Shown one piece after another: positions 1 through 14,270 of a stretch of DNA of 64,000 nt (within the stretch, counting starts at the first letter, position 1; every line of letters begins with the position of its first letter). The translations under genes and the position numbers were made by a program. Source of the stretch: Podarcis liolepis (taxonomy: Eukaryota); the NCBI GenBank assembly GCA_965112155.1, contig OZ218101.1. One strand, given 5' to 3'. A model generated the notes under the pieces. It saw only the letters and a list, made by a program, of their open reading frames with translations. It did not search any database and was not told the origin of the DNA.

Positions 1-235
1 AAGCATTCAACGAAGGCCTAGGGCAGGGGTGGCTAACCTTTTTTGACTCGAGGGCTGCATTTGCTGTTCGCCAACCCTCTGAGAGCTGCATGGTAGTGAC
101 CAAGTGAAAGTGAGCACTGCCAAAATTAGTGTGTCTACCCTGAACCCACTGTCACTGCCATGCACTGAATGCACTGCTAGCAGATATGCATTCAAACATG
201 CCACACATACAGTACATGCTCCGGGGGGGGGGGGG

Positions 236-410
236 AACGGCTGTATCTCAGTGGTAGAGCATCTATCTTTCATGCGAAAAGTCTTTGGCATCTCCAGGTT
301 GGGCTAGAAATGTCCCGTGCCTCAAATCCTGGAGAGCTGATGCTAGTCAACATAGAAAACACTGATCTAAATAGAACAGTGGTCTAATTCCATATAAGAC
401 TATGTTCTCT
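236..410 (+). mobile_element. Squam3-like tRNA-derived SINE, decayed
   Basis: A-box-like head ctcagtggtagagcatct, followed by ggcatctccagg...cctggagagctg...ctatgttc, as in the squamate SINE. Confidence 0.7.
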
Positions 411-1099
411 CCCATCCCTTTCTCTCACACACAAAGAAACCCCATAGCACACGTTCTCTTTGCCTGTCTTTGTCTCTCGCATTCACACTCATCCCCACTT
501 CAGCATTGAGCTTGATTTGACTCATTCTCCAACAAGCCCAGCCATCCTATGGGGAGGAGAGTCTATTTCATTGGCAATAGCACTCCAGTTGTGGAGCCGT
601 CTATTGCCATTCAGCTGCTGCCTACTTAGACTGCCCGGGTTCTGAATTGGTTGTGCATGTAATGCATGGGGAAACATGGCCATGTCCTTTATAATAGTTA
701 ACAGATGGATTAGTGATTACAATTTTAATTATATTTCACCTTTTGCTCTTTTTGTTGCTGTTTGTTCTTTTAATCTTTATTTTAGATCATGTTGTGCTTT
801 ATTTTAAAATTGGTTGCGGATTTTTAATGTTTTATTTATTGCTTATGATAACATTTGTTATGTTGTAGTTAATTCTTTTCATGTTGTAAGCTGCTTTGAG
901 CATGGTTTGAACTGTGGAAAGGTGGCATACAAATAAAATTATATATGTATGTAATAGGATTAAAGGTGGTATATAAACAGTTCAAACTGTTTTTACTCAG
1001 AGAGAATTTTAATTGACTCTGGTAATTAATGGGCCTGGCAACCATTGGATAGTTATGATTTTGCTCCCAATTAATGGACCTGGCTTCCAGTACATTTCC

Positions 1100-1474
1100 A
1101 AGCACAATTCAAAGTGTTGGTGCTGACCTTTAAAGCCCTAAATGGCCTCGGTCCTGTATACCTGAAGGAGTGTCTCCACCCTGGCGTTCAGGCCGGACAC
1201 TGAGATATAGCTCTGGGGGCCTTCTGGTGGTTCCCTCCCCACAAGAAACGAAGTTACAGGGAACCAGGCAGACGGCTTTCTTGGTAGTGGCACCCGCACT
1301 GTGGAATGCTCTCCCATCAGATGTCAAAAAGATATACAGCTAGACTTTTAGAAGACACCTGAAGGCAGTTTTTAATGTTTGATGTTTTATTCTGTTTTTA
1401 ATCTGTTGGGAGCTGCGCAGAGTGGCTTGTGAAACCAAGCCGGATGGGCGGGGTATAAATAATAAATAATAATA

Positions 1475-1475
<1 letters not shown>
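1100..1475 (+). mobile_element. L2-clade LINE 3' end, 5'-truncated
   Basis: Encodes QFKVLVLTFKALNGLGPVYLKE (L2 ORF2 C-terminus); 3' UTR ends in an (AAT)n tail; homologous to the copy at 10210-10815. Confidence 0.85.
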
Positions 1476-1519
<44 letters not shown>

Positions 1520-1522
1520 TAT
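1457..1522. repeat. (AAT)n/(ATT)n microsatellite
   Basis: Directly visible; tail of the L2 copy. Confidence 0.95.
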
Positions 1523-2489
1523 TAATTTTATAAAGTGATTTCCTATTTTAAAGGCATAGTTACCTTGGTAAAGAGACCTAGCATAACAGTACATTATGTG
1601 GCATAAAGTGGAATGATAAGATGGAGACACTTTATTGCTATAGATTATTTAAAGGCTTCCTATTTTTTCTCACATAATCTGATAATAATTTTTATTAGTT
1701 TTCAATTACAATCCAATAATAGTCTCATTATAGCAATACCAATTTATAATACAATTATTAATACCAATTGTCCAAGTACTAAATTATATAATTTAGATAA
1801 GGTGGCCTCCTACGTGCTTGAATTGATGGCTTGATTATTTGCTTCATTTCTGCATTCCAGAATCTTATTAATTTCCATTACATTCCGGTCATAATAACAA
1901 TCCCTTATACAACAACTGCAGTATTAATAACTTCTATTCGTGTTGACACATTAAATGATTTATTTTTTAAAAAAATTCTCACATGTTCAGTCATCCCACT
2001 TGCCATCTTGCCGAAGGGTAAGTTTCTCAGGTTTTTAATCAAAAACAAGGCTCAGCAACACATATTGCCTGATCTGAGCTCTCACTTGTGCTGAAGTCTG
2101 GAGAAAGAAACAGCAGAAGTCTTCCCCACTGTTTTTCTTGTGTCCCCATTTCACAGCAGAATTTTGTGCATGCCCGAAACTAATTTATGGGTCCCTGCAC
2201 ATCTACTGAGGACTGTGAAAGGCTTAAGCAGGAAACTCAACCATTCTATCAAATTGATAAGCCAGATGTGCCTAAAGATAGCCATCCCCCCCCCCCCCGC
2301 CCGCCAAAACTTGCTAGATGTGAGGTGTTCTAATTCTTTTGAGCAGTCTGTATTTCTTCTAAAGTTACTGTAACTAATAACACAGGGTAGTGGGGGCAGA
2401 AGTGACACAAGGTTTATTTCGGGGATTAATAAGGCAATAAATGGTTCCTAGCCCTGATGGGTTTGTTTTACCTCTACTATTTACCTCCA

Positions 2490-2655
2490 CTGTGCCTCTG
2501 AATACCAGCTGCTAAAGGTCCTACTGATGGGAAAGGTGTTGTTTTGCTCAAAGCTTGCTTGTGGGTTTCCTCAGAAGCATATGTTTGGTCTCTGTGAGAA
2601 GTGGACATTGGACTAAATGGGTCCACTGATCCAGCAGGGCTGTTTTTTGTTCATA
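2490..2655 (+). mobile_element. Decayed CR1-tail-like retroposon fragment
   Basis: ttggactaaatgggtccactgatccagcagggct resembles a common squamate CR1/SINE 3' end. Confidence 0.5.
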
Positions 2656-4095
2656 ATAGCTATAGCCTAGACTCCCTTTTGCCAGGTTAATCGGAATAAA
2701 TTGTGAGCACATATAATGAAGACATACTCCCAGAGAGACACAATTCTTCTGCCATTTTTTGGCATCCTTAACTTTCATTTTCTTAGAGTCAAATAGCAAG
2801 TTTTGTGGATAATAATTGCTATCATATATTATAGCCAATAAATTTGTACTTACAAAAATTTGTTCCTTTTATAGTGTATGTTTAAATAATTCGGCAATCC
2901 CATTTTCCCTTCCTTAGTTTAAAAATGAGCTGTGTACATGCTGGGGGGGGGGGGTTCCTTGTGCAAAAGAGGTAATGGTTCAGAGCCCAGTTGAGCACCA
3001 GTGTTCCAACTCAGCATTTTGTTGCAAGCATTAACTTTTTTTCTTAAAATGCCACCTTTATTGTAATTTGTCAAAGAAATATTTAAAGTACCGTAAATCA
3101 AATAAGGCAAAACCGCAATTTAAAACTCTGCAAAGCATAACACACGTGAGGTGGGATTTAACTAAGTCTTACTCAGAGTAGGCCTGTTGAAATCAGTGGA
3201 TCTAACTTAGTCATTTTCATAAATTTAAACGGATCGGCTGTGAGTGAAACTTAATTGAATGCCACCCATGAAAATTATTGTTTGTAAGGGTTGCTCCACA
3301 CATCTGAGGAGTGTCTACTTTGGATTGTGCTCCATTTAGTCAAACCATCTATTCAAACAAATGAGCTAGCTCATATGTGCACAGTGCAAGCCACAGCTAC
3401 ATCTGGATTAAGATGATTTAGTGTAGGTAGGTATTATGTAACAATAGCAAAAAAAAAAAGTTTTTTAAAAATTGGTTTTCTTAACTAAGTACATTTTAAG
3501 GATAAGCTTCACAGCATATTGGAAGCTTTTCCTAGAAATATCCACACATTGATAAAAGCTACTCAAAGGAAGGCAAGAGGTAAGACAGTACTGCATCATC
3601 TGCCACCCACATGGTTATACAACATGAATATGTTGGCTATAAATGAGTATGGCCATACCTGTTGCTGTAAAGATGTGGCTTTTGGCTTTAGGCTTGGAGG
3701 ACATAAAAAATGTTAGCCCCTGGCAAGAAGAGGGTCACCTCTTCTGCATTTAATAGATATAGTTTAGTCTACATGAGATTCAAGATTCAGTTTCCTGTAT
3801 GGACAGAGTAGTTCAGTTCTTATGTCACACAGATGAAAGTGGGTCTATAGAGAGGTTAAATTGATTAAAGGCTTAAAATTGCTTTACAGGATATCAGAAA
3901 AGTACACTTGTTTGTTTCCGTAGATAAAGATTATATAGACTTTTGCCCAAGTCTGTGTCAATATTTTTTGGAAACAAAGTATGCAAGGACTTTTTAAAGC
4001 AGTTTGCCATGTATGCTTAGATTTTAACCATCCTTGGGGTTTTTTAGTGCTTTCTATAAAGATGAAGAACTAACTGTTTTCCCAATTTCTTTTAA

Positions 4096-4305
<210 letters not shown>

Positions 4306-7053
4306 TAATTTCAGGACTTTCGTGGATGACCATTTTAGTTATGCATATTCACCTACATGTTCATATGATGTTTATAGAGTTCTAACTCTATATTATAAGG
4401 TTATATCTGCAAGTTGAAGTTACCTGCTTTAAAAAAAGAGGAACTATCACAATATTCAGTCTGGATCTGCAAGTGTGGTAGAAACTGTCTGAACACAAGT
4501 TTTCTCTCCTGAAGACAAATCCTCAGAATGCAAAGAAAGTATGTTGAAACAACTTCTGCCATATTTGGAATATATGTCTTCACCCATTAGGAAGGAGCAG
4601 AATAATGACAGTTCTTGGTACTTCGTTTCTTATTATTTGTTTCATTGAAACATTTGTATTTTTATTTCACTGAAACGTGTATCTTGGTCTAGACTACAGC
4701 TATATGCTGTATCAATTTACTCTTCAATACCCTGCAGTTTTTCAGAAGATAATAGGATATTTGATCTACAATATGTTATCAGGAGCCTAATACTGTAGTT
4801 TAACAGCTGCAGTGTTTGGAATAGTAGGTTGTGCACTGCATGGTACCTTACTAATCATGTATATGAATCTTAAAATACAACAATGCAAGAAACTCAAAAT
4901 AACAACATTTTAACAAGATACCAAAGGGCAAAAATGAAAGTGATTTACCATGGACAGTAAAGTTATCCATCTTGTGTACCTACTATTGTGGAAGAAAGTT
5001 GTTTTAGAAGCTGTGGTTGCTAACTGTTCTTATATATCCTGTTCTTTCCTCCTTCTCATGCCAAGTAATACTGCTTTCTTTTTGCATAATTGGCTTCAGT
5101 GGTCTCATTTTTGTCTTCATGCTTCCCCCAATCTAAAACCCTAAAGCCTCCAAAGCTAATGCACTATGGAGTATGTTAAGAATGAGATGAATATTTATAA
5201 GCTTCTCTTTTTTTTTACTTGCTTTCTTTAGGACCACTTCACTCTTTCCTGGTCCACCTGTTGAAACAGCCATTTCAGTGCAGTATTTAAATCTGCTCCA
5301 TTTGGCAGCAGCATTACACCTCGCCCTTCCTTCAACTCACTAGATTTCTGTTATTTTTTCCATCTTTCCATGCTTTTAGTGTTGAATACAAGTGAGGGGA
5401 GATGGCAGGAGAATATTTTTACAAATGCTTCATCTTTCCATCTGAAACAAATTTAAAGGGTGAGAAGAGAACCATGTAACCTGAAGTATAGGACCAGGAG
5501 CGTCTCAAAGAAATGTCTTTAAAAAAATATCATTGAGATGGAGTCTTGAAAGTCTTAATATACAATTCTTTATAGTTTGGAAGTCATGTATGAAAGGGTT
5601 TTAAATAATCTGGCTTAGAATTTCACTCCACATGATTCTTTTTGTAGCTATCCTCTGCTGTGTCATTTTATAGAAAAGTACTCATGAGAGCCCCAGAACC
5701 AAACACTGTTTACCTGATTGTCTGAGATAAATCTTTTTTCCCATTTCCCCTTATTCTAGTAGAGCATGCTAAAAAGCTCAAAAGGCAAACAACTGTGGTA
5801 GTTTATAATATAGATAATGGTGAAGATTAAAGTGCTTTGAATGGAAGTTACAAGTCAGAATGGGGTAGACTTGTTGTTAGTGCTGTAGAAAAATCCAGGA
5901 GGAGACATAACTGATGATGGTTGGGAAATGTGCTACGTTTCTGGCATGTGTTGTGGTTAATATTGTGCCCATGCTAAAATATTCATGTTCATTTTCTCTC
6001 TCCTTCTCTCTGTTTTCAAAAGAGGTTTTGCAGAAGTACAAAACGGCTTTTGAACACCCCCCGGAACAAGCCAATGAATGTGCTGAGTGACCTTGAAATG
6101 CTATATGTTAGTTTGGGGGTGGGGGAAGAAATGTAGGATAATGTAATGGGGCACCACAGAGGTGGGCATACCTGACTGATTGCAACAGTGGAGAGGAACG
6201 TTGGGCACTGCATTAGTATGCAGCAGGTTCCAGTTACAGGTGTAACTTGGGCTGGGAAACCTAAAGGAAAATCTCTACTCAGTCACAAAGTTTGCTGGGT
6301 GGCCTTGAGAAGTCAGTGTTTGTAAACTTAATCAAAAGGGGTACTACAGAGGGGGAGGGATAAGGTTATCACATGTACACATCTGATTTTTATATGGGTA
6401 GTAGAAGTAAAAAATAACAAATGAGTCCCTCAGGATCAAGGATCATAAGCAGAAAGATTCACTCTTAGTAGGAGTTGTGTAATTAAAATTTCCAATGTTC
6501 CTTTATATGAAGAAAAAAGCATTTCTTTCATTTAAGTCCAATCATAGTTCTGTATTTCATAGTGCAGCCTAAATCAGTTCAATAAATGGTGCAACATTCC
6601 TGCCTTGGGATGTAAATAATGTTGCATTAGAGTAGCAAAGAATGGCATGAGAGGAATTTGCATCTACACAAATAATTATATACAACATTTATATAAATTT
6701 ATCTTGTCTTTTGTTCTCTTTGGGGACCAATGTGTTTCTTCTTTTCTGGTTATTAACCAGTTTTGCCGAGTGGTTGGAGGGTATGGTTAATCTTCTCCCT
6801 TCAAATTTAGTTGCAGCTTCAGAGTAGAAGATATTTTTTTCTCTTTCAATGTTCTCCAAAAGACACAAATATTGTAGATAGCCATTTTTTATCCATTTGG
6901 AAAACTTCAAAAGCCATAGGATGATAATACTCTTATTAAGTTCTGACAATTCAAAATGTCATAGAACTCTATGAATATAAAACACTTCAAAGGAATAAGT
7001 TTCAGCAATGGCTACATGTAATGATCTTGTACTGCTTGCAAAGCAGTGTATTA

Positions 7054-7189
7054 CAGGCATAGGGAAACTTGGCCCTCCAGGTGTTTTGGGACTACAACTC
7101 CCATCACCCCTAGCTAACAGGACCAGTGGTCAGGGATGATGGGAATTGTGGTCTCAAAACATTTGGAGGGCTGAGTTTCCCTACGCCTG
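7054..7189. mobile_element. Palindromic hAT-type MITE, 136 bp
   Basis: Ends CAGGCATAGGGAAACT...AGTTTCCCTACGCCTG with long internal inverted arms; 8-bp TSD gtgtatta/gtgtattg. Confidence 0.88.
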
Positions 7190-7295
7190 GTGTATTGTAT
7201 ATAACTGTAGCATATTTGTTTTTCATAAATGCTATTGTTGAAGTTGTCTGTGTATACTTAGTACTTAAAGAGTAACCATGATTTCATTTTATTAA

Positions 7296-7403
<108 letters not shown>

Positions 7404-9649
7404 TGAGGTCACCTTCATATCTTGTTTAGTTTTATTTTAAAAGAAGCATTCTGTGTAAGATTGTAAACACAGGTTTCCTCTACAGTCAAACCATTTTTAT
7501 TTGCTAAATGACTAAGATATCTACATTGCCAATTGCTGCCTGGTAATTTTATAATACTTCATTTTATGTTCATTTCCTTGTAGGGAGAGGAGAGGAAGAA
7601 TGTGTCAGGAAATTTTATATTCTTTGGAATTCTTATTTAATGTTAAGTAATTCATTTCCAGTATCTTAGAGATGTTTCATTCACCACCTTGTGAGAAATT
7701 ATTTAGAAGGCAGGTTATACATTTATTAAATAAAAATCTAATCCCCCTCCCCAATGTATAACAGTATCCTGTTTTTATGGCTGTTCACCTATAACACTAT
7801 AACAAGACAATTTATTAATTTGCACATTTGACTTTTCTGGAGTGGAAGGAATTAATATTCACTGTTGATCTATTTATTAAAGAATATAAAGAAGGAACAG
7901 TATCACCAGGCAGTTTAACACCAACATATGAACATATTAGTTTAGAAGTGAGTGGGACCAAAGTGGAGAAAAATCAGCCATAATGATCATAGCTGTCTCC
8001 CATCTGTATTTTATTATACTTTAGTCTGTATCTCATTTTTACTCATGCCCCTTTGTTATGTTTGAAAGATTGCTTCTGCACATGTAAAGTTGGCCCCTAC
8101 TTATTTGAGATAAGTTACCTACAAGTAAATGTTGATTTAATTGAACATGCATTTATTATAATACAAACAGCCTACATTTTATTGTGTTTCTGTGGCTGGA
8201 CAGAGGGTGAGATTCAGTTAGTGCAAGCAGTGCTTTCTTATGCAGCTAGTGTTCTTGTTCATCACCCTGTTGCAGCCCCCTGCACACTCCTGCACACAAT
8301 CTGCTCTGAAAGGTTGGGAGACATTCTGGAGCAGATTTTTTGGGCATGCCAGGGTGGGAGAAGGAAACTGGAAGTCCCATTGTGCAGGCAGATTTCCATT
8401 GCATAGGATAATACCAATAATTGTCTTGTAAATTTTGTGTATTTTTCATTATACAATTTAAATTAAATACCCATGTTTTATTGTTTACATTTAGAAGTGT
8501 TGTCATGCTAATTGGGGACTATCATACTTCATCAAAATTTATAGTTAATATTGAAGGTATCACATACCTGTTTTTAGTTCATAGCATTTGAGATTTATGA
8601 CAGAATTTATCTGAAGGACTACTTTTGGAAGATCACTTTGACTGCATGGAGATTATATAAAATTAAATAATGACAGGGATTATGCAATTGTTCTTATATT
8701 CATTCTTATATTTGAAGGCATGTATAAAATGTATTGGGTCTGCTGCATGGATCTCTTGGTTTAATTATTACTTGTTCACTGTGCTTGAGAAATATGGTGG
8801 TTTGGGGCTTCTTGGACACATTTACTTTATAGTTGCATTTTGACAAAATGTATTCAGGTTTTAGAGCTGCCATACTTATTTCAATTATAATCCTATATAA
8901 ATAAGTTCAAAAAATTATAGTTAGTTAAATACATTTTATAAGTTTTTCCCTACAATTCATATTATACATATATATAGAAGCCATTTTGGCAAGATAGCAA
9001 TAATAATAATAATAATACCCACACATGAAAGTTCCTACTGATGTCTGCACATAATTTCTTCAACACATTTGATATAATTCCCATAACAGAAATCTTTATG
9101 TGAATAATTGTGTACTGCACAATGTGATCATGTGTTCTTGAAGCCATCTCCTGAACTATGCTCCTTTCTATGTAAAAGTGTCAGTCAAACATTCCATTCA
9201 GGCTGGTACTTAATATGGGTACTTAGGAAAGCATGGATTGTCTCTTCTTGACGTGTTCACCTGATAAAATAGTGCTGCAGCTTCCTAACATACCTTAAGA
9301 TGTATGCAGGGGGAAGAGAGATTTCTAGATTAGGGTCTGCTGTTTTCTCTTCACATCCAAATGCTTCCAAGGCTTCCTTTTGGAATCTAATCACAAAGCC
9401 CATGTTGATTCCACACTCTTGCAGATAGGTGTTAAAAGCCTCATCTACTTTTTGTTGATTAGGGGTTTCAGAACAGCAGAGTGATGAAATGTTATTTTTA
9501 TTCGTCTTGCTCCCACAAGCCCCTTGCTCATACTGCTTCAGGTGGAGGAAAAGGGCTTTGTGTTTTCTGTTTCCATATATATATTTTTGAAAAGCAGCAT
9601 GTACAAAAATCTGATTGGTTTCCACATTGCTATAAGCATTGTGCATAGA

Positions 9650-9713
9650 ACTGGTTGTCCTAAGTCTATCTCCCTGGCAACACTGGTTGTCCTAAGTCTA
9701 TCTCCCTGGCAAC
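9650..9713. repeat. Perfect 32-bp tandem duplication
   Basis: actggttgtcctaagtctatctccctggcaac occurs twice in tandem. Confidence 0.95.
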
Positions 9714-10209
9714 AAGAGCCTTTTCACAAGTTATATAATAAATTATGTGTATAGTCAAGGTCTTTTCATAAGTTAAAAGTTTAATTTTTAAAAATTCCAT
9801 TTGTAGAAAAGAGAGAGGCTTCTAGTGGCTTTTCCTGTGGTTTAAAGATCACATTTATTTGTCTTAATGCTTATTAGTACCTTCTCATACTTCAACAGGG
9901 AAAGAATATTGCCCTGGGAGACAGCTGTGTGGGCATCTTCACCTACTTGCTAGACATTTCAGCTGACATTTATGTAGATAATGCAATAGGCTTCCATCTT
10001 TAAGTTTAGTGTAGGTGTGAGTGCCTTCAGTTATTTCCCGCATATTCACCTCATTTCATTAGGAGAAAGAAAATGCATTTCTGTACAGTTTCTCACAAGT
10101 TTGTTGCATTTCAAATACTATGGCGGTGGTAGAATTCATATGAGACAAGCAAGAAACAAGGAGTGAGGAACTAAGTAGGTAGGTCCTGGAATAACTAGAT
10201 AGGTAGGAT

Positions 10210-10815
10210 AATAATAATTTATATTTATATGCTGCCAGCCATTCTGGGTAACTTCTAACAAATTAAAACATCAAACACAGGAAAACATTAAACATTAAAA
10301 CCTTCCCTTTACAGGGCTGCCTTCAGATATATTCTAAAAGTCATATAGTTTATTTCCTTGACATATTACAGGCAGGCATTCCACAGGGTGGGCCCTCTGC
10401 CTGGATTCCTGTAACCTCAATTCTCTCAATGAGGAAGCTACCAGAAGGCACTTAAAGCTGGATCTCAGTGTCCAGGTTGAACGATGGGAGTGAAGACGCT
10501 CCTTCAGGTATACCGGACCAAAGCCATGTAGGGCTTTAAAGATCAGCACCAACACTTTGAATTGAGCTCAGAAGCATACTTGGGAGCCAATGTAGATCTT
10601 TTAGGATCAATGTTATTTGGTCCTGGCAGCCACTCCCAGTCACCAGTCTGGCAGCCACATTCTGGATTAGTTGTAGTTTCCAAGTCACCTTCAAAGAAAG
10701 CCCCACATAGAGTGCATTGCTGTAGTCCAAGTGGAAGATAACCAGAGCATGTACCACTCTGGCAAGACAGGGTGCAGGCAGGTAGGGTATCAGCTGGCAT
10801 ACCAGATGAAGATGG
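10210..10815 (-). mobile_element. L2-clade LINE 3' fragment
   Basis: Minus-strand peptides VVHALVIFHLDYSNALYVGL..KLQLIQNVAARL..LHWLP and VLIFKALHGFGPVYLKERL (L2 ORF2), with frameshifts. Confidence 0.88.
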
Positions 10816-10862
10816 ATAGATTTAGTTGTTTGGAAGGATTGGATAGCTAAATGGATGTGATG

Positions 10863-11106
10863 CACTGGCAGAGGAAGAGGAGTGCAGGGAGAGCGTACCG
10901 CCCCCAGCAGCACGATCCCGGTGGGGTGCCATCGCGGCTGCCCCCCCTGCCCATGCTGGGTGCCACACCCCTGCAGGCGGCACGTCACGCCCCCAGGACG
11001 CATGCCACGCCCCTGTGGGTAGTGCGCCACACCCCTGGGACGCGTGCCAGCCCCACCCCCGCCTGCTCTCCGCCCCCCGGTGCCGGAGAATGAAGCTCTG
11101 CCACTG
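10863..11106. mobile_element. GC-rich hAT MITE, 244 bp
   Basis: TIRs CACTGGCAGAG/CTCTGCCACTG (1 mismatch); perfect 8-bp TSD atgtgatg at 10855-10862 and 11107-11114. Confidence 0.9.
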
Positions 11107-12228
11107 ATGTGATGTAGATATATATTTGCAAGACTCAGAAGGAGACTCAGCCATATGATAAAATATTAACAGTTGGGTATACTGTGATTTTGCTCTGAGC
11201 CATTATTTAATGGAAATTGACTTCCTGGGGCAGATCTTTGCATGCTCTCCCCAAAACCATACAGCAGGGGTTCCGAAACTGATAATCTGTGGTATGTCTT
11301 TAAAAGTACAATAAAAAAATCATATAACATGTAGCACAGCTCATGGCAGTTGCTACAACAGAGAGAATAAACATTATCCCTCTGAATATGGTCATATTAT
11401 TCCAGTGCCTTCTCAGTGACTCAGGCTTTGTGGAACTGAAGACATGTGCCACTTTTGCCTTAGTGGATGATGATAGATTATCCTCTAGCTGGATATTTTG
11501 AGGAAACAATAGTAACTTGCTGTATGCAAACATAATCTATATTTGTCCTGTATTGGTGAAAAAGGATCTAGTGGACTGAGCATGGGTGCTTTAGATGTGT
11601 CTACAGTTGTGCATGGCTGCTGCTGTTGTTAAGTAGAGCATGCTGTCATAAATTTAGAAAAACAATACAGCAATTATACCTGGTAGCTGCATGAAACATT
11701 GGATATGCCAATATTTTCTTATTTTTTCCCATTTTCCTTTACAGTGAGGATTATTTTAATTGTAAACCTTAAAAATATGGAGAATTTATATTTTCTAGTT
11801 GTATGCATATATGGATTTATGTTTCAAGACAGCTCTTAGAGTTTAAGACTGTGAACTTGTTTGTTCACATTTCTAGGGCATATTTTTGTTTCTATTGAAT
11901 TAAAATAAACAAATAATATGATTAAATTTGCTTATTTATTTTTGGCACTGAGGAATGTATTGTAAGTGTGTGTTTATATGTATACACATGCTTGCATTAG
12001 TTATTTCATTTATTATTATTATTTTTAAAACTATACTATATTGATTTTCTGGCTGTTTTAAGAACAAGGCTAGGATTCTTAAAACAGCCAGAGACAGCAA
12101 AACCTATTGAGCTCATTGTTGAAATAGACCACAATCCTGTACACACTTGGGAGTAAGTTTCACTGAATTCAGTGGGATGTACTTCTAAGCAACGTGCATA
12201 GGATGGTGCTGTTAATTGATAATGCTAT

Positions 12229-12368
12229 CGGTACTTTTCTTCTAGAAAAATAGGTGCCAGTACTCACCATGAAATTGTAACAGTAAGTGCCACACTTTTT
12301 AACAGTAACAAAAAGAGATGCCAGTACTGTGTATCATTGAGTACCCCCCCCCCAAAAAAAAAGTACTG
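12229..12368. mobile_element. Small TIR MITE
   Basis: Ends CGGTACTTTT...AAAAGTACTG; flanked by gctat on both sides. Confidence 0.6.
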
Positions 12369-13003
12369 GCTATCAGTAATAATGTGAAAAACTGTTTAGA
12401 AATAGGACAAAAGTTACATTCAACTTGGCAGCTATTTGCATTTTTTAAACAAGACTTTAATAAAAATGATTTATAGAAATGTGAGTCCTTAATCTTCATG
12501 CTGTACCATTTCCCACTGATTTTAAAGTAACATAGATTATCTTTGAGATTCATCATAAAACACAAACTTTGACATGTGGTGAATATTGAAGATTATGGAG
12601 GCCAGAGTAAAACTGGGGAGGGGGAGAGTAACTCATTAAATTATCAGTGAAAGAGGTCAATGTGCACAGAAAGGATTCCTTTTGCAAGTAACACATTGAA
12701 TACATATTTATTAGAAGAATATCAGTAAAATTCATTGGAAATGGTAGATGGGTCACTGGGAGAAAAAAAGTATAATTCTTTTTTTAAACATCCTACTAAA
12801 TAACTATTTGTTGCAAAGGGAATTAAGAAATGAGGAATATGCTAGGGAAAATATCTAGGGTCTTACAAAGTATGTAAAAAATACACAGTTTCAAATACTA
12901 AGATCAATAATAAGTAGTTTTCATTGGGGGATGCATTGCTTGGCTTCTGCAGTGCATCTACTGTAAACGAGGGGGAAGGAGACCAGTGCTTGTAATATTA
13001 TTA

Positions 13004-13605
13004 CAGTGGTACCCCGCAAGACGAATGCCTCGGAAGACGAAAAACTCGCTAGACGAAGGAGTTTTTCGTTTTCTTAGCCGCTTCGCAAGACGCATTTCCC
13101 TATGGGCTTGCTTCGCAAAACGAAGCTTGCACCACAAGCTCCGGGGATAGCGGGGAAGCGCAGCGCGTCTTCCCCGCTGTCCCCGGACCTCTTTTGAAGC
13201 AAGGGGCGGCGGGGAGAAGATCGCTTCTCCCCGTTGCCAGCCCCGCAATCTCCGGGGACAGAGGGGAAGGCGCGCGCGCCTTCCCCTCTCTCCCCGGACC
13301 CCTTTTGAACCAAGGGGCGGCAACGGGGAGAAGCAATCTCCCCTCCGCCCCTTGCTTCAAAAGAGGGGACAGAGGGGAAGGCGCGTGCGATTCTCCCCGC
13401 TGCCCCTTCCCTTGCTTTAAAACAGGTCCGGGGACAGAGGGGAAGGCGCGTGGCGCTTCCCCTCTGTTCCCGGGACGGTCTCCATAGGAACGCATTGATT
13501 GATTTTCAGTGCATTCCTATGGGAAACCGTGCTTCGCAAGACGAAAAACTCGCAAGAAGAAAAAACTTGCGGAATGAATTAATTTCGTCTTGCCATACAC
13601 CACTG
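13004..13605. mobile_element. Tigger/pogo-type (Tc1-mariner superfamily) MITE with GC-rich internal repeats
   Basis: TA|CAGTGGT...ACCACTG|TA; subterminal (GC)AAGACG repeats; internal ggggacagaggggaaggcgcg units. Confidence 0.88.
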
Positions 13606-13739
13606 TAATATATTGCCTTCAGGGTACAGAGTGAAAGAAGCAAAGATGTCCTGAAAAACTCTTGTTTGTTTTCGGGAAAGTTGTTGCTTTACTTAGTGAG
13701 TGGTTAGGGATGATAATGGGCTAGAGGTAGTTAATGGAA

Positions 13740-14075
13740 GCTTAACTCAAACAAGACAAAAGTGTTCTTGGTTAGGTGGAAAAGGAACTAGGAATAGGGA
13801 TTAACCCTGTTTTGGATAGGGTAGTACTCCCCTTGAACACTCAGTTTAGGAATACTCCTACATTGAACTTCGCTTCTAGATGCTCAGTAGAGGCCATGGT
13901 CAGGGGTGCTTTTGTCCAGTTTATGCTGGTGCACATAGTGGCACATCCCTTATTTACACCAAATATAATTGCAGTGTGCTCTGTGTGGGGATGCCTTTGA
14001 AGAGTCTCTGGAAATTTCAGTTGGTCTACAAAGCACCAGGAAAGGTTTTGGTGAACACTGACAACTGGATGCAGA
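13740..14075 (+). mobile_element. Decayed L2 ORF2 fragment
   Basis: Residual peptides such as VEAMVRGAFVQ and GMPLKSLWKFQLV resemble the other L2 copies. Confidence 0.6.
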
Positions 14076-14080
14076 TAGTA

Positions 14081-14270
14081 CCGTATTTTTCGCCCTATTC
14101 GACGCACTTTTTCCCCTCCAAAAATGAAGGGGAAATGTGTGTGCGTCTTATGGGGCGAATGCAGGCTTTCGCTGAAGCCTGGAGAGCAAGAGGCGTCGGT
14201 GCGCACCGACCCCTCTCGCTCTCCAGGCTTCAGGAAGCTCCCCGCAAGCCTCGCTGCGGAGCACGCCCTG
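14081..14270 (+). mobile_element. Truncated pogo-type MITE (CCGTATTTTTCG family)
   Basis: TA|CCGTATTTTTCGCC terminus; near-identical to the inverted copy at 28310-28712; second TIR missing. Confidence 0.85.

Noticed and set aside
236-300. tRNA gene
   Set aside because: Only an A-box-like SINE head; the B-box/T-arm is deleted and no cloverleaf forms.
1340-1630. Poly-Asn ORF
   Set aside because: Translation of the (ATT)n microsatellite.
12958-13495. Repetitive Gly/Pro/Arg-rich ORFs and a CRISPR-like look
   Set aside because: These are internal degenerate repeats of a TA-flanked MITE in a vertebrate intron, with no constant repeat/unique spacer structure and no cas genes.
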